A stretch of DNA of 63,681 bases, counting the filler, from Sphingomonadaceae bacterium (lineage in GTDB: Bacteria; Chloroflexota; UBA6077): the NCBI GenBank assembly GCA_050261575.1. It is 3 parts of 3 records of this genome, joined end to end, with 100 filler letters (N's around TTAATTAATTAA, not from the genome) between each part and the next. Parts side by side here need not be neighbours in the genome. Positions count along the whole stretch, not along the records: positions 1 to 27,825 come from JBLNDL010000071.1; 2 more parts are not named here. One strand, 5' to 3'. The first letter of the stretch is position 1; every line of letters starts with the position of its first letter. A model generated the notes under the pieces. The model did not search any database. It was not told where the DNA came from and saw nothing but the letters and a program-made list of their open reading frames with translations. Positions 1 through 8,870 of this stretch are shown here, piece after piece. The translations under genes were made by a program, and so were the position numbers.

Positions 1-129
1 GGGGGGGGCCCGGGGGGGTGCCCTGGGGGCGGGCCCCCGGGGGCGTTTCCTCGGGCCCGGGGGGCCCGGGGGGCGCGAGCCCGAACCCCGTTTCGCACGA
101 CCCGCGCTCCCCTGTCCTGGGCGGCACGT

Positions 130-699
130 CTATCTCCTCTCCTGCGCCGCGGAACCGGACCGCTCGAAAGGCAGAACCACGAACTCACAGCGTTCGTCTC
201 CACGGAACTGGCAGGCCACCTCCTCGCACACCACCTCCCTGTCCAGCAGCTTGGACAGGAATCCGGCAAACATGCCCCGGCTGTAGTGGTCCACGCAGCG
301 GGGCGTCCGGTAGACCCCGGATCGTATGGCCACGGCGGTTTCGAAGAGGTTAGTGCCGGTCAAGCGAGCCTCGGGCTCGCGCAGGTCGAAGTGTACGACT
401 TCGAGGTCACCGTATCCCATCAGCTTGTAGTTATCCACCAACTGGCGAAAGGCCCTCTCGGGGCCGGCGACGCCGACAGGATAGGCGGCCATCAACTGCT
501 CGCCCACCCGAAAACCCATGTCGTAGAAGGCGTATCTGATCACATGGGGGGCGTGCTCGTGGAGCACCCGCATGAGGAAAACGTAGGCTGCCTCGGTCAT
601 CGCCACCGAGCGAACCGACTCCACAGTGAGCGTCCCCTCGAGACTGCGGATGGACTCCTCGCTTCGCTCTGTCGGCTGCTGCATGCTCTCTTCCGACAT
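130..699 (-). CDS. V4R (4-vinyl reductase-like) small-ligand-binding domain protein
   Basis: G-x-G/GDLEVVHFD core and C-terminal C...EVACQFRGDERCEF Zn-site motif typical of V4R domains. ATG at 699 follows a GAGGTG RBS (ORF track starts at GTG 705). Confidence 0.85.
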   Translation of the reverse strand: MSEESMQQPTERSEESIRSLEGTLTVESVRSVAMTEAAYVFLMRVLHEHAPHVIRYAFYDMGFRVGEQLMAAYPVGVAGPERAFRQLVDNYKLMGYGDLEVVHFDLREPEARLTGTNLFETAVAIRSGVYRTPRCVDHYSRGMFAGFLSKLLDREVVCEEVACQFRGDERCEFVVLPFERSGSAAQERR

Positions 700-712
700 G
701 GTCACCTCGCCG

Positions 713-1489
713 CTATCGTTGTGGCTGCACGATGATGCCGGTCCGAGCGTCGATGCTGAACTGGTGCATCACGCTGGTGAATTGCCCGCTCTTCAGCTTG
801 CCCAACTGCAGGTAGCGCTGGAGTGCACCGTTGACCGAGACGTACTGCATCTTCAGGATCATCGGGTAGGCATGAGAGAGACCGTAGAACGCCCTCTCCT
901 CCATGACGCCGCCCACGTAGACGTCCAGGGTCAAGGCACGCCTCGCCCGCAGGTAGCGTAGACGGTGCCCGGAGAACTCCAGGATCTCCGCGGTGGATGC
1001 AGTGGAGAAGATGGTGGATATGGAGTCCACCACCAACCTCACAGGAGCATCCCCCAAGCCGTCCAGCACTCGCTTCTGGTACAGAAAGAACTCGTCGAAG
1101 CTGCCTGGGTCGGGGATGAAGTGGCGCTCGGTGGAGCGCTCCCGGCTATAGGCGTCGATGAAGATCAGGTCCCCTCTGCGCTCGTGTGCTATGGTCCCCA
1201 GCCGCAGGGCGACCATGCTATCCCGCATGACCGAGGGTGGCTCGTCACAGGCCACGTAGACGCACTTGTCGCCGACCAGCAGCCCCTCGTGCAGGTACTG
1301 GGCTGCCAGCACGCTCTTACCTATCCCCGTGTCCCCCTGCACCATGATCTGGGTGTCGTAGCTGATGCCGGCCGGGATCAGGTCGTCCATCCCCTCGACA
1401 CCGAAGAAACCCCGTCGCTCCCCCCCTTGTGGGCCACCGGCCCTTGGCTCAGAATGCTCACGGCTGACGGAGGACGGCTGCCCGCTCAC
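713..1489 (-). CDS. Single-domain KaiC/RAD55-family ATPase
   Basis: Walker A GDTGIGKS, YVACDEP, Walker B LVVDS, C-terminal RYLQLGKLKSG...FSI. Overlaps the upstream gene by 4 nt. Confidence 0.85.
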   Translation of the reverse strand: MSGQPSSVSREHSEPRAGGPQGGERRGFFGVEGMDDLIPAGISYDTQIMVQGDTGIGKSVLAAQYLHEGLLVGDKCVYVACDEPPSVMRDSMVALRLGTIAHERRGDLIFIDAYSRERSTERHFIPDPGSFDEFFLYQKRVLDGLGDAPVRLVVDSISTIFSTASTAEILEFSGHRLRYLRARRALTLDVYVGGVMEERAFYGLSHAYPMILKMQYVSVNGALQRYLQLGKLKSGQFTSVMHQFSIDARTGIIVQPQR

Positions 1490-2910
1490 GCCTCCACCTC
1501 CTCGGCCCTCGGGATGAGCTGGATGCCCCGAGATGTGATCTTCATCAGATGGTTGCCACTGGAGTGGTTCACCCCCCGCAACTTGTACACCTCCAGATAT
1601 CGCTGTCGCCCCTTCTTCTCCCGCACCATCTTCAGCACCATGACGCCATCGATGATCGATTCCTCCACACCGAAGCGGCTGATCTGCTCGGAACCCACCG
1701 GAGGATCGGTGGTGATCAGGGCAGTGACGCCGTTGGCCTTGAACATGGAGGACATCTGGTAGACGAAGCGGCGGACCTCGTCCGGGTCACCGATCCGCTG
1801 GGCCAGCACGGTAAGGGAGTCGACCGCGACCCTCTGAGCCCCGAACTGCCGCACCACGTCGTCCATGCGGACCAACTCCTCGTTCGGGTTGACCTCCGGC
1901 AGTGGGGTGTAGTTGATCTGGATCATGCCGCGTGCTCGCTGCTCATGCAGATCCCAGCCGAATCCGGACGCGTTCGTCTCGATCTGGGCAGGGGTCTCCT
2001 CGTAAGTGAAGTAGACGCCCTTCTCGCCATACTCCGCCGCCCCCATGTAGAGGTACTGCATGGAGAGCGTGGTCTTGCCCGTACCCGCCTCTCCAGCGAG
2101 CAGCATGGGGCTGCCCTTCGGAATGCCTCCCCGCAGTATGGTGTCCAGCTCGTCGATGCCGGTCTTCGCCATCTCCAGTCGGCTGTAGGTGAGGTCCGGT
2201 GGGGCCACGAACTGAGCGGCGAACAGGTTGATGCCGTTCTCGCGGATATCGAAGTTGTAGGCCCCGGTCTGGTGGTCGACGCCGCGCATCTTGATCACCC
2301 GCAGGTACCGCTCCTGCTCATCGTGGCGCGTTTCGGTGTAGAGCCAGATGATCCCGTCGGCCACGGCGAACTCTGGCATGCGGGCGACGTCCTCTCGGGA
2401 GTACTCCCCCACCAGCAGCGTGGTGGTCTGCATTGCCGAGAGCTCGATCGCCAAGTCGTAGATGAAGATACGCATCTCGGCGGGGTCCGAAGAAAGGTCG
2501 TGAACAGCTTTGAACGAATCGATGACGACCAGGTAGGGCTGATGGACCCGCAGCAGCTCGGCGATGGCGTCGGCGGCCTTCCCGAGCCCCTGTTGCCGCA
2601 TCACCTGGCCGATGTCCATGTAGGTGACCGACTCGCCGAACTTGCTGGCGTCGAAGAAGTCGAACATGGACTGGTAGCGGGCCACCTTGATGGGCGGCTC
2701 CGAGAGAGTGGTGAGGTAGGCCCCCTTGTGCTCGGCGCTGGCGTTGGCAAAGAGGATCTGCTGGGAGAGAATGGTCTTGCCGGCACCGGGCTCGCCCGCG
2801 ATGATGATCATCGAGTATGCGGGTATGCCTCCCCCCAGGATGCCGTCCAGCGCCGGGATCCCGGTGGAGAAGGTGCTGGCCGAACCTCGCGCGGATCCCA
2901 CGCTGCTCAT
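1486..2910 (-). CDS. Double-domain KaiC-like ATPase
   Basis: Two RecA-like domains: STGIPALD..GGGIP/GEPGAGKT/VVIDS/KMRG and TGIDELD..RGGIP/GEAGTGKT/FTYEE/VAVDS/KLRG. Confidence 0.93.
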   Translation of the reverse strand: MSSVGSARGSASTFSTGIPALDGILGGGIPAYSMIIIAGEPGAGKTILSQQILFANASAEHKGAYLTTLSEPPIKVARYQSMFDFFDASKFGESVTYMDIGQVMRQQGLGKAADAIAELLRVHQPYLVVIDSFKAVHDLSSDPAEMRIFIYDLAIELSAMQTTTLLVGEYSREDVARMPEFAVADGIIWLYTETRHDEQERYLRVIKMRGVDHQTGAYNFDIRENGINLFAAQFVAPPDLTYSRLEMAKTGIDELDTILRGGIPKGSPMLLAGEAGTGKTTLSMQYLYMGAAEYGEKGVYFTYEETPAQIETNASGFGWDLHEQRARGMIQINYTPLPEVNPNEELVRMDDVVRQFGAQRVAVDSLTVLAQRIGDPDEVRRFVYQMSSMFKANGVTALITTDPPVGSEQISRFGVEESIIDGVMVLKMVREKKGRQRYLEVYKLRGVNHSSGNHLMKITSRGIQLIPRAEEVEA

Positions 2911-3242
2911 TGAGTCTTTCCTTTCTTGGCCAACTCCTCGGCCTCGTGGAAAAGCTTTCCCGCGATGAGCCGGCCGATCAGGCCGGAGAGGGCGTCGAAG
3001 AACTCGTCCAGTAGCGCCTCGAGGCTGGCAGTCAGTTCCGGCTCGCTCACCGCTCCAACGTGCCGCTTCGCGTCAGACCAATCCAGCCCCTCCTCGCGCA
3101 CAGTCAGGTATCCAACGAATGGGTGGCCTCGAGCCTGGCGAACGATGACGTTCTTGGCGATGGCGTTGATGGTGCGGAGACCGAAGGTGGGCGAGAGCCG
3201 CTGCCAGACGATCCTCGTCACTCTTTCGTAGATGCTCAGCAT
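2907..3242 (-). CDS. Small helical KaiC-associated protein (paralog of 5129-5551)
   Basis: 111 aa from ATG 3242, 4-nt overlap with the next kaiC-like gene. Ungapped similarity to the 5129-5551 product. Confidence 0.75.
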   Translation of the reverse strand: MLSIYERVTRIVWQRLSPTFGLRTINAIAKNVIVRQARGHPFVGYLTVREEGLDWSDAKRHVGAVSEPELTASLEALLDEFFDALSGLIGRLIAGKLFHEAEELAKKGKTQ

Positions 3243-3380
3243 CTCGATCCGCCTGTCCGTCAAAGGTCCATCCTCCGCTCGGCAACTCCGTCTGTCCGTG
3301 CGGGCTCCTCCCCGGCACCCCATGGGCCGCGATCGAGCGCCTTGGACGCGACCCCGCACCACCATCACGCAGGCCCACCG

Positions 3381-5099
3381 TTACCTCTTCGGCCGTTTCG
3401 GCACGGCGCCGGGCGCGATGAGGGTAACCCGGTAGACCGTCCTTCCTCCCTTCGCTGTCCGCAACACGTAGCCCGTGTCCACCAGCTTGTCCAGCATCCC
3501 CTGCACCTCGCCGGGCTTCAACCCCATGCTCTCCGCCAACTGTTGGACATCGCTGTTGGGCAGCGCCAGCAGCACGTGCATCAGGGCCTCCTCCTGATCG
3601 GATAAGCCGGTGGTGAATGGCTGCAGGCCCATCACCGTCCGCAGGGTGGGAATGCCCGATAGAATGCCCGAGTACTCGGTGAACGCCTTCTCCACTTGCA
3701 CACCCTTATCCGTGATCTGGTACTGCCGCAGCTCCTTGTCGTGGTCGGAGGTGCGCATCTTCACCACCATCAGCGCCTTGCGCAGTTGCGACTCGATCTC
3801 GGCGTAGCGGAGCAGGATCACGTTGTCCGCCAGGAAGGCGATCCTCTGGGGAGAGATCTGCACGCTCCCCGTCAGGTCAGGAACCTCGGTAGTGAGAAGG
3901 GTGGTGACTTCCTGGCTGGAGAGAGCCGTGAGCAGCCGGTAAAGAGCCTCGCGGAAGTCCTCCTGGTCGGCTGGAGAGATCGACATCTCGAAGCCGGAGA
4001 CGGAGTTGATCACCACCCGAGTGGCTCGTAGCTTCGCCGCCCAACGGTTCACCTCATACAGCACCTCGTCCACCGAGAGATCCGTCGGCCGTAGGTAGAT
4101 CACCTTCAAGAGCCCCTTCTCCTCCAGGGCACCCAGGTTCCAGCCGAAGCCCGCGGCCTTCCGCTCGTGCTCTCGGGGGTCCTCTTCGAAGGTGACCATC
4201 ACCGCCGCTTGCCCGATGCGGGCCCCCTCAACGATGAAGTGGAGCGAAAGCAGGGTCTTGCCGGTGCCGGAACTGCCGGCGATCAGGCAGGTTTGGCCGG
4301 TTGGGATCCCCCCGCGCATCATCTCGTCCAGACCGGGGACGCCGAAGCTGGCGCGCCCCGTTGGAAGCTCCGTGCCCCCTCTCGGCGGAACGGCCACCGC
4401 CCGTGGGAAGAGGAGCAGCCCATCTTCGGTGATTCGGAAGGTGTGGCACCCTGGCATCGCAGCCTGGCCCCGCAACTTGACCACCTGGAGCTTGCGCACC
4501 ATCGAGTTCTGGCGAACCTGTTGGTCCAACCAGATGATCCCATCGGCCATGGAGAACTCGGCGCCGGCAATTGCCTCCCGGTGTGAGTACTCCCCCAGCA
4601 GCAGGGAGGTGATTTCCCAGGCTGCCAGGTGCACACCCAACTCGTGAATGAAGGCCCTGATGCTGTAGTCTCCATCGGGGCACGCAGAGTCCTCCAGGGA
4701 CTTGAAGCTGTCGATCACCAGGAAGGACGGCACCACCCTGTCCACTCGCTCTCGTATCACCTCCAGCGTGCGCTTCAGCCCCTCATCCCGGACAACCCCC
4801 GCCAAGTCGAAGAAGAATATCGATGAGTTCAACTTGTCGGGGTCAAAGAAAGTGAACTGCTGCTGGTAACGCACCAACTTCAGCAGGGGCTCACCCAGCG
4901 TGGCGATGTAGATCCCCTTCTGGTCAGGGGTGGCGTTGTGGAAGAGGAACTGCTGAGCCAGGCTGGTCTTGCCAGAACCCGGCGGCCCGGCAACAACGTT
5001 GATGGAGTAGGCTGGGAGCCCCCCTCCCAACACCACATCCAGATTGGGGACCCCAGTTGGGACCTGGCGGATCTGAACCTTGTCTGTGCGCCGTGCCAT
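3381..5099 (-). CDS. Double-domain KaiC-like ATPase with C-terminal TrmB-like winged HTH
   Basis: GPPGSGKT and GSSGTGKT Walker A motifs, VTFEE, KLRG/KMRT. C-terminus GLSDQEEALMHVLL...VQQLAESMGLKPGEVQGMLDKLVDTGYV..RTVYRV is a wHTH. Confidence 0.92.
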   Translation of the reverse strand: MARRTDKVQIRQVPTGVPNLDVVLGGGLPAYSINVVAGPPGSGKTSLAQQFLFHNATPDQKGIYIATLGEPLLKLVRYQQQFTFFDPDKLNSSIFFFDLAGVVRDEGLKRTLEVIRERVDRVVPSFLVIDSFKSLEDSACPDGDYSIRAFIHELGVHLAAWEITSLLLGEYSHREAIAGAEFSMADGIIWLDQQVRQNSMVRKLQVVKLRGQAAMPGCHTFRITEDGLLLFPRAVAVPPRGGTELPTGRASFGVPGLDEMMRGGIPTGQTCLIAGSSGTGKTLLSLHFIVEGARIGQAAVMVTFEEDPREHERKAAGFGWNLGALEEKGLLKVIYLRPTDLSVDEVLYEVNRWAAKLRATRVVINSVSGFEMSISPADQEDFREALYRLLTALSSQEVTTLLTTEVPDLTGSVQISPQRIAFLADNVILLRYAEIESQLRKALMVVKMRTSDHDKELRQYQITDKGVQVEKAFTEYSGILSGIPTLRTVMGLQPFTTGLSDQEEALMHVLLALPNSDVQQLAESMGLKPGEVQGMLDKLVDTGYVLRTAKGGRTVYRVTLIAPGAVPKRPKR

Positions 5100-5128
5100 C
5101 GTACCTCCCAGCCGGGCGGGTCGCTCCT

Positions 5129-5551
5129 CTACCCCGATCCTCTTTCGCCTTCAGGGGGGCGCAACTCCTCCAGAAGGGGCCTCGCGATTACCTCCCCCGT
5201 CAGCTCGGCAAGCGTGCGAAAGGTGGTGAAGAACAGCTCCTGGAGAGCCTTGCACAGGTCACGTAGGTCTTCGTTGGAGACTTCCCCACTCACTCTCGAC
5301 AGGTCGGGTCCATCGTCACCGACGCCCACCAGTGCCGCCTCAGGATACCGGCGGGAGGCGACATTGACGGCGTATTGCAGGATAGCCTTCGCCCCACCGG
5401 AACCGAGCACAGCCTCCATGCGAATCCAGGTAACACGCAGCGCGTATCGGTAGGCTTCCATCGCCTCTCGGCTGCCGCACTGTTCCGGCGTGAGACCCAG
5501 CGCAACGATTATGGTCTGCCTGAGAGTCTCGGGATCCTGAGATGATGCCAC
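5129..5551 (-). CDS. Small helical KaiC-associated protein (paralog of 2907-3242)
   Basis: GTG at 5551 preceded by GGAGAGGCGGAG. First gene of the operon; similar to the 2907-3242 product. Confidence 0.72.
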   Translation of the reverse strand: MASSQDPETLRQTIIVALGLTPEQCGSREAMEAYRYALRVTWIRMEAVLGSGGAKAILQYAVNVASRRYPEAALVGVGDDGPDLSRVSGEVSNEDLRDLCKALQELFFTTFRTLAELTGEVIARPLLEELRPPEGERGSG

Positions 5552-5696
5552 CCTCCGCCTCTCCCACCACGGTCCTGCCGGCTGCGCAAGATGCATTCCG
5601 TTTGGGTTTGGCGCCGCCTCTCCTCAGTCTCTCTCCCACCTGCCCCAACCGTGCTATCCTACGCGAGACGCCTTCTTTAGAAGAGAGGAATCTCGA

Positions 5697-7133
5697 TTGC
5701 CTGCGGAGCAGTATGGAATCCCGTACGGTTGTGGCATCCCCAGGCTGGTGATCGGCGGCACCAGCAGCGGGGTGGGCAAGACCACCCTATCCGCCGGACT
5801 GATGGCAGCACTCCGCAGCCGGGGCCTGAGGGTGCAGCCCTTCAAAGTGGGTCCCGACTACATAGATCCCAGCTACCACCAGGCAGCCGCGGGGGCTCCC
5901 TCTAGGAATCTGGACAGTTGGATGGTGCCCGAGGGGGCACTGATGGAGCTGTTCCCCCGGGCCTGCGAGGGGGCCGACGTAGCGGTGGTCGAAGGGGTGA
6001 TGGGGGTCTTCGACGGCTTCGGCGGGCGAGACGACGCAGGAAGCACGGCGGAGATCGCCAAGTTGCTGAACGCCCCCGTGCTGCTGACGATGAACGTGGG
6101 GAAGATGGCTCGCAGCGCCGGGGCGATGGCATTGGGCTACGCCCGATTCGATCCAGCGCTACGAGTGGCGGGATTCCTGCTTAACGGCGTAGCCAGTGAG
6201 GGCCACTACCAGATGGCTCGCGAGGCCATCGAGGGCTGCGGCGCGGGCCCCGTCCTCGGCTACCTGCCCCGAGTCCCCGACCTGCAGCTCCCCGAGCGGC
6301 ACCTTGGGCTAGTCCCAACCGCCGAGCGGTCCCTTCCCGAGGGGTTCCTGGAGAGGCTGGTGGGACTGATCGAGACCCACGTGGACGTTGAGAGGGTGCT
6401 GGAAATCGCCCGATCGGCGGCAAGCGCCCAGCGCCCAGAAGCCGGAACCCAGGCCCCGGCGCCCGGAACGCTGTTCCCGCGCGAGCCAGTGCCGCCCAAG
6501 GCCACCATCGCACTGGCCGCGGACGAAGCCTTCAACTTCTACTACCAGGACAACCTGGACCTGCTGCGGGCCCACGGGGCCAGGCTGCTGCCCTTCAGCC
6601 CCCTCCGGGATCAGGCCATCCCCCCGGAGGCAGACGCCCTCTACCTGGGGGGCGGATTTCCAGAGATGCACGCGGGGCGGCTATCGGCCGGCCGGCCGAT
6701 GCTGGAGTCGATCCGGCGGGCGGCGCAGGCTGGGATGCCCATCTACGCCGAGTGCGGTGGGCTCATGTACCTGACCCAGGGGATCGTGGACGCCGATGGA
6801 GGCCGCCACCCCATGGTGGGGTTGCTTCCGGGCTGGTGCACCATGGAGGGCAGCCGTCTGCAAATGGGATACGTCGAGGTCGCCTCGCTCCGCCCAACAC
6901 CGCTGGGCCCCGCGGGAACGCGAGCCCGGGGCCACGAGTTCCACTGGTCCAGATGGGAAGGGATGGAGCCCTCTCTCGGTGCCTACCGCATCCTCAACCA
7001 GGGTGATCGCAGTGAAGGTTACGCGCAGGGCAACCTGCTGGCGACCTTCGTCCACCTGCACTTCGGGGCCAACCCCGGCCTCGCCCCCGCCTTCGTCGAG
7101 AGCGCCCTCACCTTCCGCCGCCTGCGCCGGTAG
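5697..7133 (+). CDS. cobB: Cobyrinate a,c-diamide synthase (CobB/CbiA)
   Basis: SGVGKTT, FKVGPDYIDP, VEGVMG, ERHLGL, GGGFPE, YAECGG, GHEFH. Exact start uncertain. Confidence 0.95.
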   Translation: MPAEQYGIPYGCGIPRLVIGGTSSGVGKTTLSAGLMAALRSRGLRVQPFKVGPDYIDPSYHQAAAGAPSRNLDSWMVPEGALMELFPRACEGADVAVVEGVMGVFDGFGGRDDAGSTAEIAKLLNAPVLLTMNVGKMARSAGAMALGYARFDPALRVAGFLLNGVASEGHYQMAREAIEGCGAGPVLGYLPRVPDLQLPERHLGLVPTAERSLPEGFLERLVGLIETHVDVERVLEIARSAASAQRPEAGTQAPAPGTLFPREPVPPKATIALAADEAFNFYYQDNLDLLRAHGARLLPFSPLRDQAIPPEADALYLGGGFPEMHAGRLSAGRPMLESIRRAAQAGMPIYAECGGLMYLTQGIVDADGGRHPMVGLLPGWCTMEGSRLQMGYVEVASLRPTPLGPAGTRARGHEFHWSRWEGMEPSLGAYRILNQGDRSEGYAQGNLLATFVHLHFGANPGLAPAFVESALTFRRLRR

Positions 7134-7148
7134 CGACCTGCCGCGGTT

Positions 7149-7433
7149 CTACCTTGCCCTCACCCCCAGGACGAAGAGGGCCACCGGCGGCAGAGCCAGG
7201 GCGAAGCGCAGGGGAAAGGCTGCTTGGGACGGATGGAACCCCAGAGAGGGCACGGCGACGAGCAGTTGAAAGCCCGTCAGGTAGACGCCGAGCAGCAGGT
7301 AGTAGAGGTCCTGTCGCCGCCGCCTGCGGGCGAGAGCCCAGCCGCAGTAGACGACGATGGCTATCGAGAGAAGGAGGAACAAGGCGTTCCAGAAGGGAAG
7401 CCGGGAGAATGCCTCCAGGGCCGGTGGGAGCAT
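7149..7433 (-). CDS. Small membrane protein (about 3 TM)
   Basis: 94 aa hydrophobic ORF from ATG 7433 with GAGG RBS. It is the C-terminal part of ORF 7149..7958. Confidence 0.55.
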   Translation of the reverse strand: MLPPALEAFSRLPFWNALFLLLSIAIVVYCGWALARRRRRQDLYYLLLGVYLTGFQLLVAVPSLGFHPSQAAFPLRFALALPPVALFVLGVRAR

Positions 7434-7731
7434 GTCAGACCTCGCCGAGTGTTTGGTTCTCACCCGTGCCGGCAGCGCGGGTGTAGTCTCACCCCAATTA
7501 TAAGCTAGCGATTGACTCCGGCGACCACGATATGGAGAATGGAAGAGCATTACTGTTCCTCCATTGCCGACGGCGTCAGGGGGGAATGCTCCAGCATCCA
7601 CCACCGCGGGGTGCCCAGCCTGCGAAGTTGGAGACTCCTCAACGACGACGGTACGGCGAACCCAACCCAACCGGCTCGAGACCCAGGCAGACCTCACACT
7701 ACCACTGCGCCTACGAAGGAGAAGAGGGGGT

Positions 7732-8823
7732 ATGAAACGACACTTCGCCTCACTGGCGGCCGTGATCGCGCTGGCAACCCTCGTGCTCGGCGGGTGTGCG
7801 CCGCAGGCAGCACAGCCCGCGCCCACCCAGGCGCCGGCCAAGGCCGCCGAGCCGACTAAGGCCCCGGCGGCAGCCGCAACCGCCGAACCCACCAAGGCAC
7901 CCGCTCCGGCGAAGAAGGTGGACTTCCCGGAGAAGGGGAAGTCGATCTCCCTAATCATCGGCTATCCGGCCGGCGGCGGCGCCGACATCGCGGCCAGGGT
8001 CCTCCAGCCGATCCTCGAGAAGGAGTTGGGGGTTCCCGTCCAGGTGGTCAACCGGGCCGGCGCGGGCTCGCAGGTGGCAATCGCCTCAGTGGCCACGGCC
8101 AAGCCCGACGGCTACACAATAGGGTACGCCAACTGGCCGACGATGATCACCATCTACCTGGATCCCGAGCGTAAGGCCACCTTCGGCCGAAAGGACCTGC
8201 AGCCCCTGGCGCTCCACGTCTCCGACCCGATGGCCATAGCCGTCAAGGCCGACTCGCCCATCAAGGGGATCAAGGATCTGCTGGACGAGGCCAAGGCGAA
8301 GCCCGGCGCCATCAAGGTGGGCACCAGCGGCATCCTCAGCCACGAGGACCTCTCCTTCCGGCAGATGGAGAAGGAGACCGGGGCCAAGCTCAACATCATC
8401 GCCTTCGACGGCGCCGCACCCGCGGTGACCGCCCTGCTGGGGAACCACATCGACGCGGTGGGCCTCGGCTTCAGCTCCATGCTCTCCTCGGCGAAGGGTG
8501 GCCAGACCCGCATCATAGCGACCCTGGGCGCGGGTGGAGACCAGTTCCTGCCCGGCACGAAGAGCATGGAGGACCAGGGCTACAAGGGGTACTTCTCGCT
8601 GGGCCGGGGCTGGTTCCTGCCTGCCGGGACCCCCAAGGAGATAATCGACGTTCTGGACTCCGCATTCAAGAAGTCGATGGAGAGCGAGGAGCACAAGAAG
8701 AAGATCCTGGAAGTGGGACAGGTTACCACCTACAAGGGCCCCGAGGAGTTCGGGAAGTGGTGGGATTCCATGGAGGCTACGGTGAAGCCTCTGATGGAAC
8801 TGGCGAAGCAGCAACAGAAATAG
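7732..8823 (+). CDS. Bug/TctC tripartite tricarboxylate transporter solute-binding lipoprotein
   Basis: Lipobox LGGC, Ala/Pro linker, FP.K.I.LII.YPAGGGAD..AR, V.VVNRAGAG, KPDGYT, ALLGNHID. Confidence 0.92.
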   Translation: MKRHFASLAAVIALATLVLGGCAPQAAQPAPTQAPAKAAEPTKAPAAAATAEPTKAPAPAKKVDFPEKGKSISLIIGYPAGGGADIAARVLQPILEKELGVPVQVVNRAGAGSQVAIASVATAKPDGYTIGYANWPTMITIYLDPERKATFGRKDLQPLALHVSDPMAIAVKADSPIKGIKDLLDEAKAKPGAIKVGTSGILSHEDLSFRQMEKETGAKLNIIAFDGAAPAVTALLGNHIDAVGLGFSSMLSSAKGGQTRIIATLGAGGDQFLPGTKSMEDQGYKGYFSLGRGWFLPAGTPKEIIDVLDSAFKKSMESEEHKKKILEVGQVTTYKGPEEFGKWWDSMEATVKPLMELAKQQQK

Positions 8824-8834
8824 CAGGAGAATCC

Positions 8835-8864
8835 GTGGGGGGCGGGTCTGGGCACCGCCCCCAC
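8835..8864. terminator. Hairpin between convergent genes (bidirectional terminator or REP-like)
   Basis: GGGGGCGG...CCGCCCCC stem within GTGGGG...CCCCAC ends. Confidence 0.55.
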
Positions 8865-8870
8865 AGCACC

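Noticed and set aside
1..75. G/C-run low-complexity sequence at the window start
   Set aside because: Contig-end homopolymer pattern typical of low-quality sequence.
1486..5099. Circadian clock (kaiABC) interpretation
   Set aside because: No kaiA or kaiB, and the canonical ST phospho-pair is not present in either protein.
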